Positions 39,789 to 49,839 of a stretch of 64,000 bases of DNA are shown one piece after another. The translations under genes were made by a program, and so were the position numbers. The notes under the pieces are model-generated. The model searched no databases. It was not told where the DNA came from and worked only from the letters and a program-made list of their open reading frames with translations. The stretch's first letter is position 1. Each line of letters opens with the position of its first letter. The DNA lies in assembly GCA_038227875.1 (NCBI GenBank), contig JBBRPR010000014.1, positions 64,001 through 128,000 on the forward strand. Reading direction: 5' to 3'. The DNA comes from Planctomycetota bacterium (GTDB lineage Bacteria > Planctomycetota > SZUA-567 > H5-PLA8).

Positions 39789-40883
39789 ATGAAGCGGCTG
39801 AGTTTTCTCTCCCTTATTATTGGCGCTGTTCTAATTTCATCACACGCATTTGGAGCTGCGGTCGACGACGCGCGCACGTTGCAAAGCGAGGCGACGGCGA
39901 TTTTGCGGGCGTCCAGCGGCGCGGTGGCCGATCCGAAGGTCTACGCGGAAGCGGTACGCAAGCTGGAGAAAGCGCAGTCGCTGCTCGACGAGGCGGAAAA
40001 AGCCAAAACGCCGAACATCGATTCGCTGCAGCAGGAGGTGTCGTCGGCGCTCTTCTGGGCGCGGAAATTCTCGACGGTGCAGGTCATTGACGAACTGGCC
40101 GGCAAGCCGTCGAAGCCACCGGACACAAATGGCGCCGACGCGGCATTCAAGCGCGCCGAGCAATTCGAATCGCAACACAGCGGCGACGACTACGCGATTG
40201 CGCTGCGTTGGTTCCAATTTTCATCCGAATACAGCGGCACGGAACTGGCCCTGCGCGGACTGGCGCGCGCGCGGGAAGCGCAGTCCCGCTATCAGGCCGT
40301 GGAGGCCGCGAAGAAGCAGGCCGCCGAACCGCAGACAGCCGAGAGCAAGTTGCTCGACGAAGGCAACGCCCTCTTTCAGCAGAAGAAATTCGACGAGGCG
40401 CTGGCAAAATTCAATGAAGCGAAGAAGGCCGCGGACTCCACGCTGGTCGAACGGCGCATCGGCCATACGTACGTGGAGCAAGGCCACGCGCTGCGCGACC
40501 AGTATGCGGCGCAGTACCTGCCCGTGTTAAAGGAGTACAACGACGCGAAGCAGAAGGGCGACCAGCGCGCGATGGTGGCGCTGACGCAGAAGGCTCGCGA
40601 TGTGGTCACCAAATTGAAGCCGGTGGAGGATGCGGCGTTTAAAGCGTATGCGAACGCGGAACTGGCGTTTCAGAAGGGACTGGATCTGGCGAAGAACAAG
40701 GATCTGGAATGCGAAGCCTACATCGCTTTCAACAATTACGACCGCGGCAAGGACAAACACCAGCGTGCGAAATTGCAATTGGCGGAGCTCTTTGGTAAGT
40801 ACCAACCGGCCAACGACGAAGAGCGCTCGACGTTTGAGTTTGCCAAGAATCTGTTCCGCCAGCTCGGTGGAGTTTTGAAGTAA
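39789..40883 (+). CDS. Secreted all-helical TPR-like protein
   Basis: Signal peptide; EGNALFQQKKFDEALAKFNEA TPR-like unit. Confidence 0.7.
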   Translation: MKRLSFLSLIIGAVLISSHAFGAAVDDARTLQSEATAILRASSGAVADPKVYAEAVRKLEKAQSLLDEAEKAKTPNIDSLQQEVSSALFWARKFSTVQVIDELAGKPSKPPDTNGADAAFKRAEQFESQHSGDDYAIALRWFQFSSEYSGTELALRGLARAREAQSRYQAVEAAKKQAAEPQTAESKLLDEGNALFQQKKFDEALAKFNEAKKAADSTLVERRIGHTYVEQGHALRDQYAAQYLPVLKEYNDAKQKGDQRAMVALTQKARDVVTKLKPVEDAAFKAYANAELAFQKGLDLAKNKDLECEAYIAFNNYDRGKDKHQRAKLQLAELFGKYQPANDEERSTFEFAKNLFRQLGGVLK

Positions 40884-41020
40884 ATTGCGCCATGCATGGA
40901 TGTGTGGATGTATGCGCGTAGCGAAAACAGCCGCTCATCCGTGCCGGGGCGCACAGAGTTGGCTGAGCATAACGCACGGATGAGCGAATTCCTTCGCTAC
41001 GCTTAGGAATTCGCACATCC

Positions 41021-42439
41021 ATGGCACAAAGGACGATGATGGATCATCTGAAGAAGGCCTACGACACGAAGTACCTCGAAAGAGCGCTCGCCGACGTCGC
41101 AAGAATCGCGACGGAAGAAGTGGATCGCGCACTACGCCGCGACGGGAAAGTGCTGATCCAGAAGCCGATGGCCGAGATCGCTCGCGAGCTGGATCTGGAA
41201 CGCGTAATTCAGGACGGCAACGCCGATCTGTCGCACTTGGCGCGTGTGTTCCTGCAGAATTGCAATCATCTCCACAACCCGCGATACATGGGGCACCAGG
41301 TTGCGGTGCCGATGCTGCCGTCGAGCATCGGGGATTTTCTCGGCGGCGTCGTGAACAACGGCATGGCCGTCTACGAGATGGGCCCGGCCGGCACGACGAT
41401 CGAGCGAGGCTTGATTCAATGGATGCTGAAAAAAGTCGGCGCATCGTGGGCGGAGACCGGCAGCGGGATTCTCACCCACGGCGGCAGTCTCGCCAACCTG
41501 AGCGGCCTGATCGCGGCGCGCGCGAAGGTAATTCCGGAGAGTTGGGCTGACGGCACGCCGCCGGGATTCGTCTTCCTTGCGTCGGAAGCGTCGCACTATT
41601 CGGTGGCGCGGGCGGCGTCGATTCTCGGGTTCGGCAGCAAGGCGGTGATCAAAGTCGGTGTCGACCTCGAGCTGCGCGTCTCTGCCGAGAACGTAAAAGC
41701 AGCGTACAAAACCGCGCGAGCCGGCGGCAAGCGGGTGCTTGCGGTGATCGCGAACGCCGGCGCGACGCCGACGGGAATCTTCGATCCGCTGCGCGCGATC
41801 GGGGAATTCTGCCGTGCGGAGAACCTGTGGTTTCACGTCGATGGCGCGCACGGAGCTTCGGCGCTCGTTTCGCCGAAGTACCGCGAGTTGCTCGACGGCG
41901 TAGAGCTTGCGGATTCTCTCGCATGGGATACGCACAAACTGCTAGGCACATCGACGCTCTGCGCCGCGGCGCTCTTTCGCGACAAGCAGACGTTGGAATG
42001 CAGTTACGCGCAGCATGCGCCGTATCTGTTCACCGAGGCGGAGAAGCCCGGCGAAGATTTGTCCAAGGTCACGTTTGAATGCACGAAGTCATCGCTGGCG
42101 TTGAAGCTGTTTTTCAATCTCGCCGTGATCGGCGAGCGCGGCATGGCGGCTCATGTGGAGAAACTGTTCGACAACACGCGCACGTTTTACGAGCTGATTC
42201 GCGCGCGCAAGGGCTTTCAGACCATCCACGAACCGCAGTCGAATATTCTCTGCTTCCGCTACGGCAGCGATTCCGCGGTTCAGGACCGCGTGCGTCAGCA
42301 GTTGGTCAACGACGGAAATTTTTACATCACGCGCGCTACCCTGCATGGCGAAGCGTATCTGCGGACAGTGTTTATGAATCCGTTTACGACGACGGAGGAC
42401 GTGTCGGCGCTGTGCGATGAGATTGAGCGGCTGGCGTAG
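41021..42439 (+). CDS. Group II PLP-dependent amino acid decarboxylase (DABA decarboxylase-like)
   Basis: HLHNPRYMGHQ, THGGSLANL, SHYSV, WFHVDGAHG, DTHK (PLP Lys). Confidence 0.9.
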   Translation: MAQRTMMDHLKKAYDTKYLERALADVARIATEEVDRALRRDGKVLIQKPMAEIARELDLERVIQDGNADLSHLARVFLQNCNHLHNPRYMGHQVAVPMLPSSIGDFLGGVVNNGMAVYEMGPAGTTIERGLIQWMLKKVGASWAETGSGILTHGGSLANLSGLIAARAKVIPESWADGTPPGFVFLASEASHYSVARAASILGFGSKAVIKVGVDLELRVSAENVKAAYKTARAGGKRVLAVIANAGATPTGIFDPLRAIGEFCRAENLWFHVDGAHGASALVSPKYRELLDGVELADSLAWDTHKLLGTSTLCAAALFRDKQTLECSYAQHAPYLFTEAEKPGEDLSKVTFECTKSSLALKLFFNLAVIGERGMAAHVEKLFDNTRTFYELIRARKGFQTIHEPQSNILCFRYGSDSAVQDRVRQQLVNDGNFYITRATLHGEAYLRTVFMNPFTTTEDVSALCDEIERLA

Positions 42440-42519
42440 AATCTGGACGGAATTTCTGCAACCCATCGCTTTCTCAAGCATCCAAAAGAGCACGGAATGT
42501 TCCCTCTCGGAGTCCCCGC

Positions 42520-43386
42520 ATGAAATTCGCTCTGCTTGCCATGACTCTTCTGGCTATGACCCACGTTTGCCGCGCGGCGGAGTTGGCCGATGGTCTTTAC
42601 TGGCAGACGGACGGCAAATCCGGCCAAAAAATCACAACGTTGAACAGAGGCGACGTGTTCGTCGGTGAGAAATGGGACGTGAAGCCCCTGGAAGTGATGG
42701 TGTCATCTCAAGACAACGCGAACACCAATTTTTATGTGTCGCTGAAGTGTGCGTACGAAATCAAAATCTCTGACTCTTTTATAAACACGGTGCTGATCTG
42801 CGGCGGACGATCATATGCGCAGGGAGGCAGTGGCAGCAACGGTAAGGAGATTTCGTTCGCGGATTATTCCATCGCGGGACAAGAGGGTGCCGATGCGGTG
42901 GCGAAGTATTTCGGCACGACGACGCGCGTGCGACAGCACCCAGGCTACGCGTTTCGCGTGAGCTTTACGCCTGACAAGAAGGAGTATGCGCCCGGCGAGG
43001 AAGTCGCCGCGACGCTGCGCATCGAAAACATCAGTGACAAAACGGTCGCCTTTCAAAAGGGCGGACACAATCGAGCCGAGCGCGATACGCAGTACCATTT
43101 CACTGCACAGCTGAACGGCAAGAGCGTGCCGGACATCGGCACGGATATGAAATTTGGCGGGCTTTCCGTCAATCGCGTACTGAAGCCGAATGAGATTTTT
43201 GAAGACAAGATCGTTCTCAACAAATGGTTCGCGTTTAAAGACGCGGGAACCTACGACATTCTAGGATCGTATTTAATGGAGTTCTTTGAACCCGGTGAGA
43301 AGCATTATTTTATGATCTGGCAGGATTACGCGACGGCCGAATTCAGGGTGACGATTAAAACCCCGGCGGCAAAGGCGGAGAAATAG
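42520..43386 (+). CDS. Secreted hypothetical protein with an Ig-like C-terminal domain
   Basis: Signal peptide; DKKEYAPGEEV..LRIEN pattern. Confidence 0.65.
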   Translation: MKFALLAMTLLAMTHVCRAAELADGLYWQTDGKSGQKITTLNRGDVFVGEKWDVKPLEVMVSSQDNANTNFYVSLKCAYEIKISDSFINTVLICGGRSYAQGGSGSNGKEISFADYSIAGQEGADAVAKYFGTTTRVRQHPGYAFRVSFTPDKKEYAPGEEVAATLRIENISDKTVAFQKGGHNRAERDTQYHFTAQLNGKSVPDIGTDMKFGGLSVNRVLKPNEIFEDKIVLNKWFAFKDAGTYDILGSYLMEFFEPGEKHYFMIWQDYATAEFRVTIKTPAAKAEK

Positions 43387-43432
43387 CGGCGGGGTTGCTC
43401 CATCGCCGAAAGCGTGGTAAGTTTGCCGCGCC

Positions 43433-44731
43433 ATGCCCTCACGAACTCTTGCCTGGATTGCCCTGGTCGTTCTGCTCCTCACGTTGGGACTGCGTCTGCA
43501 CGCGCTGTTCTCGGGGTCGCACGTCGATGAACTGACGCGCGAGCAGGCCACGTACCGGTTGGTGCGCGAAACGATCCGCGAACGCTACGTCAACAACGTC
43601 GACGACAAGGTGGAGAAGAAATTATTTTACGGTGCGCTGGAAGGCATGGCTTCGCAGTTGGACCAGCACACGCAGTTCATTCCGCCCGATGAGTACGAAG
43701 CTTCCGATGCGCGCATCACCGGCGAAATCGAAGGCGTCGGCATGGAAATCGATCAGGACAGCAAGGGTCTGTTCGTCGTCACGCCGTGGATGGGCACGCC
43801 GGCGTACGAGCGCGGAGTCCTGCCCGGCGACCGCCTGCTGATGATCGACGGCGTGGCCACGCAGGGCATGGATAGCGACGAGGCGCGCAAGCGCATCACT
43901 GGCAAGGCCGGCACGGAAGTGAAGCTGACCTTGCTGCATGAAGGCGACGAGAAGCCCGTGGAGCTGGTGCTGCTGCGCGCGGCGATCATCGCGCAGTCCA
44001 TTCAGGCGGCGGAAATTCTGTCGACCGAATGGGTGCCGGATCCGGCGACGAAAATCGGTTTTGTACAGATCGCGCAGTTTCAAAAACACACAGCGATCGA
44101 TCTGGATGCGGCGCTGAAAAAGCTGGAAGGGCAGGGGATGCAGGCGTTGATTCTCGATCTGCGCCAGAATCGCGGCGGGATGCTCGACGCGGCAACCGGA
44201 GTCGCGGAACTGTTTCTGAAGGACGGCCCGATCGTCAGCGTGTTTGAAAAGGGCGAAGGCGGGCGCATTAATGAAGAGGCGCACAAGTCCAGCGGCACCA
44301 AAACGCATCCCGAATGCCCGCTCGTAATCCTGACCGATTCACTGAGCGCATCGGCGTCAGAGATTGTGTCCGGTGCGCTGCGCGAACGTGGGCGCGCGAC
44401 GCTGGTGGGCGGACGGACGTACGGAAAGTTTTCGGTGCAGACGATCATCCGCATCCCCATGGGCGGCAACGAGGGTCTGGCCGCGTTGAAGCTGACCACC
44501 GCGCGCTATAAAACGCCGACGGGCAAATGCATCGACGGGCAGGGCATCGTTCCGGATGTGCTGGTGCCATCGACGGCCGAGCAGCAGAAAGCCCTGCTGA
44601 TCTACCGCAATCAGCGCCATCTGCAGGACAACAATCCTCGTCACACGGCGCCGAAGCCCGGTGCGTTTGTAGATACGCAATTGAAGAAGGCCGTCGAAGT
44701 AATTCTGACCAAAGTCAAGAAGCCGGAATAG
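43433..44731 (+). CDS. ctpA: S41A C-terminal processing peptidase with PDZ domain
   Basis: GVGMEI PDZ, LILDLRQNRGG, SASASEI, GRTYGK. Confidence 0.9.
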   Translation: MPSRTLAWIALVVLLLTLGLRLHALFSGSHVDELTREQATYRLVRETIRERYVNNVDDKVEKKLFYGALEGMASQLDQHTQFIPPDEYEASDARITGEIEGVGMEIDQDSKGLFVVTPWMGTPAYERGVLPGDRLLMIDGVATQGMDSDEARKRITGKAGTEVKLTLLHEGDEKPVELVLLRAAIIAQSIQAAEILSTEWVPDPATKIGFVQIAQFQKHTAIDLDAALKKLEGQGMQALILDLRQNRGGMLDAATGVAELFLKDGPIVSVFEKGEGGRINEEAHKSSGTKTHPECPLVILTDSLSASASEIVSGALRERGRATLVGGRTYGKFSVQTIIRIPMGGNEGLAALKLTTARYKTPTGKCIDGQGIVPDVLVPSTAEQQKALLIYRNQRHLQDNNPRHTAPKPGAFVDTQLKKAVEVILTKVKKPE

Positions 44732-46016
44732 CGCGCCGCGCGGCGTCGATCACCGTTTGAATTGATACGCCCTTCTCCAACGCGCTGGCACGGCAATCCT
44801 CGTATTCCGGATGGAATGATGTATCGCGCCCCTGCCACGATCCGATTTTCACACGCACGGCGCCGAACGGCGTCTCCACCGTGATCATGCGCCGCGACAG
44901 TTTCATCCGCGACAGCGTCTGGCAGCGGATCCCGAATGTTGGACACTCTTTGAAAATGAGGTCCGCCAGCGCATCGAGCTGTGCGGGTTCGGCGAGAACC
45001 GTCAGCATCGACCCGGGGCGGAATTTTTTCATCTGAATCGGTGTCAGGAAGACATCCAGCGCGCCGCGCGCGAGCAATGTCTCGCAAAGGAAACCGAGGA
45101 CTTCCGGCGTGGCGTCGTCGATGTTCGCGGAGATTTCGACGATGCTGTCGGTCGATTCCGAATCGCGAGCGGTTGTCGGTTCCGAGAGCGTGCCCAAGGC
45201 CACGCGCAGAATGTTCGGAAACGGTTGGTTCTCGCGCGTGCCGGCGCCGTAACCCAGATTCGTAATCGTCATCGCCGGTAGCGGACCGAAGTGTTTCACC
45301 AGCGCCGCCGCGAGCGCCGCACCTGTCGGCGTAGTGAGTTCTTTCTGAAACGTCGTCTCGCGGATCGGCAGACCTTTCATCAGCTCCAGTGTTGCGGGCG
45401 CGGGAACAGGCATCTGCCCATGAGCGCATTTGACGAAGCCGCCCGAACCCAGCGCGATGGGGCCGGACCAGACTTCGTCGATCCCCAGTGCTTCCAGACC
45501 GATGCAGACGCCGACCATATCGACGATGCTGTCGATCGCGCCGACTTCGTGAAAGCCGACGTCTTCCGGCGGCATGTTGTGCATGCGGCCCTCGGCGATC
45601 GCGAGTTTGTAAAACGCGGCGATGCTGTTGGCCTTTACCGCGGGGCTCAGCGTTGAATTTTCGATCAGCTTCTTGATGTCCGCGTAGGTGCGGTGCGCAT
45701 GCGAGCCGGACGCGCTTTCGCCGTGATGCGCATGACCGTGATCGGCATCGCCGTGCGAATGGCCGTGATCGTGTGCAGGTCCATGTTCATGCGCGCCAGT
45801 TTCCTGAGGCGCGCCGTCGATTGTCACATCAAATTTTGTAGCGGCAATCGCTCCTCGGAGCACACGCTTGGAACCGAGGTGATAGCCGGCGACGTTGAGT
45901 TTCGAGAGCTCAAAATGGAGCCGGGCCAGATCGAGTCCCAGATCCAACAGTGCCGCGACAAACATGTCTCCGGCAATGCCGCTGAATGGATCGAGGTAGA
46001 GTATTGTCTTGCTCAC
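44715..46016 (-). CDS. larC: Nickel pincer cofactor nickel-insertion protein LarC (C1 and C2 in one frame)
   Basis: LYLDPFSGIAGDM, His-rich stretch, HFHE-like GFHEVGAIDSIVD, PVPAPAT, ELTTPTGAA, NIDD, MKK.RPG, PEYED; GTG start 46016. Confidence 0.9.
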   Translation of the reverse strand: MSKTILYLDPFSGIAGDMFVAALLDLGLDLARLHFELSKLNVAGYHLGSKRVLRGAIAATKFDVTIDGAPQETGAHEHGPAHDHGHSHGDADHGHAHHGESASGSHAHRTYADIKKLIENSTLSPAVKANSIAAFYKLAIAEGRMHNMPPEDVGFHEVGAIDSIVDMVGVCIGLEALGIDEVWSGPIALGSGGFVKCAHGQMPVPAPATLELMKGLPIRETTFQKELTTPTGAALAAALVKHFGPLPAMTITNLGYGAGTRENQPFPNILRVALGTLSEPTTARDSESTDSIVEISANIDDATPEVLGFLCETLLARGALDVFLTPIQMKKFRPGSMLTVLAEPAQLDALADLIFKECPTFGIRCQTLSRMKLSRRMITVETPFGAVRVKIGSWQGRDTSFHPEYEDCRASALEKGVSIQTVIDAARRAIPAS

Positions 46017-46065
46017 GCCGTACCGTCCCGTTCCCGCTCCAGTTCCGCGTCGAACTTGGAGAAAA

Positions 46066-47661
46066 TCAGATTGAGAAGTCGTCGAAGCCCATAATTTCCC
46101 GCACCTTGTCGCCAATATTCGGGGCGCGCATGAACGTTTCGCCGATGAGCACGGCATCAATGCCGGCTTCCGCCAAGCGCAGCGTGTCGGCGCGATTGCT
46201 GATTCCCGACTCGCTGACCAGAAGGATTCCGTTGCGGCTGGAGCGCGGCAGCTTTTCGGCAAGGCGGAACGTGGTCTCCAGATCCGTCTGCAGCGTTTTC
46301 AAATTACGGTTGTTGATGCCGACGATGTTCGCGCCGCTGTTCAGCGCGATTTCCAGCTCCGCTTCGTCGTGTACTTCCACCAGCGCATCGAGGCCTTCGC
46401 CTTCGGCGGCTTCGCGGAAATCGCGCAACTGGGCCAGGTCCAGGCAGGCGACAATCAGCAGCACGGCATCAGCACCAAAGCGCTCGGCTTCAACGATCTG
46501 GTACTCGTCGATGATGAAGTCCTTGCGCAGGATCGGCAGCTTGGTGGCTTCACGCGCGAGGTTCAGGTGGTCGAGCGACCCCTTGAAATACTTGGTGTTG
46601 GTCAGCACCGACAAAGCCGATGCATTGGCGCCTTCATAAATTTGCGCGATTGCCGCTGGATCAAAATCCGCGCGCAACAGTCCGCCGGACGGGCTGGCCT
46701 TCTTGATTTCTGCAATGAGTGAGAGTCCCGGCGACGCCAGCGCCTTGCGGAACGACCGGGGCGCGGTGCGTTTGGACTGATTTGCGCGCAGTGCGGAGAG
46801 CGGCGCGGCGCTCTTGACCAGCGCGACTTCCTCGCGCTTGTTCTCCACAATTTCCTGCAGGACGTCGGATGCTGAATTCAATGGCCGGCCTGCGCCGCCG
46901 CCCTGTCCACCCACTCCCATGCGCGAGCTCTCCTTGCGACGAATGTCCGCCTCGAGTTCCAGGATGCGTTCGAGCATCGGATCGGGCAAATTGGTCTGTT
47001 CGAGATTGAGCGCCGGAACGCGTTGACCGCCCGAGGCGACGACGCGTCCGGGAATTCCCACCACCGTTGAACCCGGCGGCACGGCGTGTAGCACAACCGA
47101 TCCGGCGCCGATGCGCGAATTCTGGCCGACGACAATGTTACCCAGCACTTTCGAACCCGCGCCCAGCGACACGCCGTCTTGAATCGTAGGATGGCGCTTG
47201 CCGGTTTCCTTTCCCGTTCCGCCCAGCGTGACCTGGTGGAGCATCGAAACATTGTTGCCGAGGATCGCCGTTTCGCCGATCACGACGCCGTGAGCGTGGT
47301 CGATGAAAATGCCGCGACCAAATTTCGCGCCTGGATGAATGTCAGCCCCGGTAAGGAAACGCGCGTAGAAATTCACCAATCGCGCCGGCGTGCGCAGTCC
47401 CCAACTATATAAGGGGTGCGCGGCGAGGCGATGAAGTGTCAGCGCCCACCAGCCCGGGTAGCAGGCGCAGGCGATCCAGCCTTCCGCGGCCGGGTCGCGA
47501 TAGCGGATGGCTTTCAGATCCGAAATAATATCAACGAGCGTGGAGGGCCGTGTCAGCAGTACCAGCAGACTGGTCAGTACGAAGAAGGCGACGAACGCCA
47601 AAAAGAGTGCGCAGAAAACCCACCCCACGTAGGCTGCGACAATTTCCATGTAGTGCAACAT
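46066..47661 (-). CDS. cysE-trpC: Fusion: N-terminal TM helix, serine O-acetyltransferase (CysE), indole-3-glycerol phosphate synthase (TrpC)
   Basis: RDPAA, IHPGA..FIDHAHGVVIGET..VTLGGTGKE..RHPT (CysE); IAEIKKASPS, SVLT, LRKDF, LVEVH, GINNRNL, SESGI, LIGE (TrpC); no stop between. Confidence 0.85.
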   Translation of the reverse strand: MLHYMEIVAAYVGWVFCALFLAFVAFFVLTSLLVLLTRPSTLVDIISDLKAIRYRDPAAEGWIACACYPGWWALTLHRLAAHPLYSWGLRTPARLVNFYARFLTGADIHPGAKFGRGIFIDHAHGVVIGETAILGNNVSMLHQVTLGGTGKETGKRHPTIQDGVSLGAGSKVLGNIVVGQNSRIGAGSVVLHAVPPGSTVVGIPGRVVASGGQRVPALNLEQTNLPDPMLERILELEADIRRKESSRMGVGGQGGGAGRPLNSASDVLQEIVENKREEVALVKSAAPLSALRANQSKRTAPRSFRKALASPGLSLIAEIKKASPSGGLLRADFDPAAIAQIYEGANASALSVLTNTKYFKGSLDHLNLAREATKLPILRKDFIIDEYQIVEAERFGADAVLLIVACLDLAQLRDFREAAEGEGLDALVEVHDEAELEIALNSGANIVGINNRNLKTLQTDLETTFRLAEKLPRSSRNGILLVSESGISNRADTLRLAEAGIDAVLIGETFMRAPNIGDKVREIMGFDDFSI

Positions 47662-47846
47662 AGTCTGACTGACATGTTCATAAGAAGCGCGAAAAAATCC
47701 AACGCATAATGAGGATGGCCGTTCGGGAGACTCAGGCGGGCGATTGGCTCTTGGGCGTGTGAGAACCCGCGCGTCTTGACAAAGTGTATTGGGCCCCATA
47801 TATTGAAGTCGTAGTTCATCTTTCACCGCGCAGAGGTTCAACGTTG

Positions 47847-49700
47847 ATGGCTGGCTCTGATGTCTCCGATGGCTCGACGACCGACGGTTTGCCCGTCGCG
47901 CCATCCATGGCGCCAGCATTGCTGACGGCCGAAGTGCCTCGCCACGCCACTCAAGTTGACGGACGCGTGCTGACCATCTCCGGCTGCGCAATCGTCATCG
48001 CCGCGCTCGTCGCACTGGTGGCCCAGGGACTCACACGCCTGATTTTCATGTTCACCAATCTCTGCTTTTACGGAAAGCTCTCGTTTGCGCACGCCACGCC
48101 GTACGACCATCATCTGGGTTGGCTGGTCGTGTTCGTGCCCATCGGGGGCGCGATTGTCATTGGCCTGATCGCGCGCTTCTGGCTGGAATCGATCCGCGGC
48201 GACGGCATTCCCGAAGCGATGGAGAAGGTGCTGGTCGGCAAGAGCCGCATCCCGCCGCTGATGACGCTGCTGAAGCCGATCTCCGCGGCGATCTCAATTG
48301 GTACCGGCGGCCCGTTCGGTGCGGAAGGTCCGATCATCGCGAGTGGCGGCGCGCTGGGATCGCTGATTGGCCAACTCTTGCGCATCACGGCGTCCGAGCG
48401 GAAGACACTGCTTTCCGCCGGTGCGGCGGCAGGCATTGCGGCGGCGTTTGGCAGTCCCGTCGCGGCGGTTCTGCTCGCGATTGAAATCCTGCTCTTCGAA
48501 TTGCGGCCGCAGTCGCTGATTCCCGTCGCGCTCGCCAGCGCCACTGCGGCGGGAATTCGCATGCTCTTCGAAGGCAGCGAGCCGGTCTTCCCCATGCCGT
48601 TGATCGAATCCATTTCCGGATCAGCGGTGCTGGCGTACACGCTGCACGGACTGATCGTCGGCGTCGCGGCGGCGTGGGTGACGGCATTAGTCTATCGTGC
48701 GGAAGAATTGTTTGATCATTTGCCCATTCATTGGATGTGGTGGCCGGCCCTCGGCGCAATTGTCGTCGGCGTCATCGGCTACATAGAGCCGCGTACGCTG
48801 GGAGTAGGCTACGTCAACATCACCGATTTCCTCGCGCAGAATCAGACGCTGCGCTTCATCGTCATGCTCAGCATCCTCAAATTTGTCTCGTGGACGATTG
48901 CGTTGGCCAGCGGAACATCCGGAGGAACGCTGGCACCGCTTTTCACGATCGGCGGCGGCATCGGCGCGGTGCTTGGGGTGGCCACCAATCATTTCTTTCC
49001 CGAAGCGGGAGTCGACGTACGCATGGCCGCACTCGTTGGGATGGCGGCGATGTTCGCGGGCACCTCGCGCGCGGTCCTGGCGTCAGTGGTCTTCGCGTGC
49101 GAAGCGACGCATCAGGTCAGCGGTTTGCTGCCGCTACTCGGCGGGTGCTTCAGCGCGTACCTGGTTTCGTGTTTGATGATGCAGCATTCGATCATGAGCG
49201 AAAAGATCGCGCGGCGCGGAGTGCGCGTGCCGACGGAGTACACGCCCGACGCACTGGAACAGATTCTCGTTCGCGATGTAATGACCGCCGGCGTTGTCTC
49301 CATCCGCGGTGAGGACACCGTTCAGAAAATCCGTGATTGGCTGAACGCCGAAGGATCCGCGCATCAAGGATTTCCGGTGCTCACGTCGTCCGATCTGCTG
49401 GCGGGCATCGTGACGCGCAAGGACCTGATGGATTCCAAAGTACCCGGGAGCAAAAAGATCATTGATGTCATCCGGCGCACGCCGATCGTGGTCTATGCCG
49501 ACTGCTCGCTGCGCGCAGCGACCGATCACATGGTCAATCACGGCATCGGCCGGCTCCCGGTTATTCTGCGCGAGGAACCGAAGAAGATCGTCGGCATGAT
49601 CACGCGCAGTGACATCCTCTCGGCCAGCCGCCACCGCATCGACGAGCACAGCAATCCCACCGCGCAGATCAAAATTCCGCTGAGCGTCTTCGGCGGCTGA
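47847..49700 (+). CDS. ClC family chloride channel/transporter with CBS pair
   Basis: GDGIPE, GGPFGAEGP, GTSGGTLAP, C-terminal CBS domains (HQGFPV, GRLPV..GMITRSD). Confidence 0.9.
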   Translation: MAGSDVSDGSTTDGLPVAPSMAPALLTAEVPRHATQVDGRVLTISGCAIVIAALVALVAQGLTRLIFMFTNLCFYGKLSFAHATPYDHHLGWLVVFVPIGGAIVIGLIARFWLESIRGDGIPEAMEKVLVGKSRIPPLMTLLKPISAAISIGTGGPFGAEGPIIASGGALGSLIGQLLRITASERKTLLSAGAAAGIAAAFGSPVAAVLLAIEILLFELRPQSLIPVALASATAAGIRMLFEGSEPVFPMPLIESISGSAVLAYTLHGLIVGVAAAWVTALVYRAEELFDHLPIHWMWWPALGAIVVGVIGYIEPRTLGVGYVNITDFLAQNQTLRFIVMLSILKFVSWTIALASGTSGGTLAPLFTIGGGIGAVLGVATNHFFPEAGVDVRMAALVGMAAMFAGTSRAVLASVVFACEATHQVSGLLPLLGGCFSAYLVSCLMMQHSIMSEKIARRGVRVPTEYTPDALEQILVRDVMTAGVVSIRGEDTVQKIRDWLNAEGSAHQGFPVLTSSDLLAGIVTRKDLMDSKVPGSKKIIDVIRRTPIVVYADCSLRAATDHMVNHGIGRLPVILREEPKKIVGMITRSDILSASRHRIDEHSNPTAQIKIPLSVFGG

Positions 49701-49839
49701 GCGCGTATCGCGCGTTTATCCTGCTTGCGGTTGAACACTCCCCTGCGTACAACACGGCGTCGCCTTACAAACCGTGTTTCGTCCGCGGCGCTCCGCGAAA
49801 TTTCCGAGCGCTTGCAGGACTTGCAGGAGTCGCGCGTTC

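Noticed and set aside
44715..44731. 17-bp convergent overlap of ctpA and larC
   Set aside because: Short tail-to-tail overlaps are common
47662..47991. 110-aa extension upstream of the CysE-TrpC fusion
   Set aside because: Overlaps the divergent ClC gene and its promoter region; non-coding-like composition
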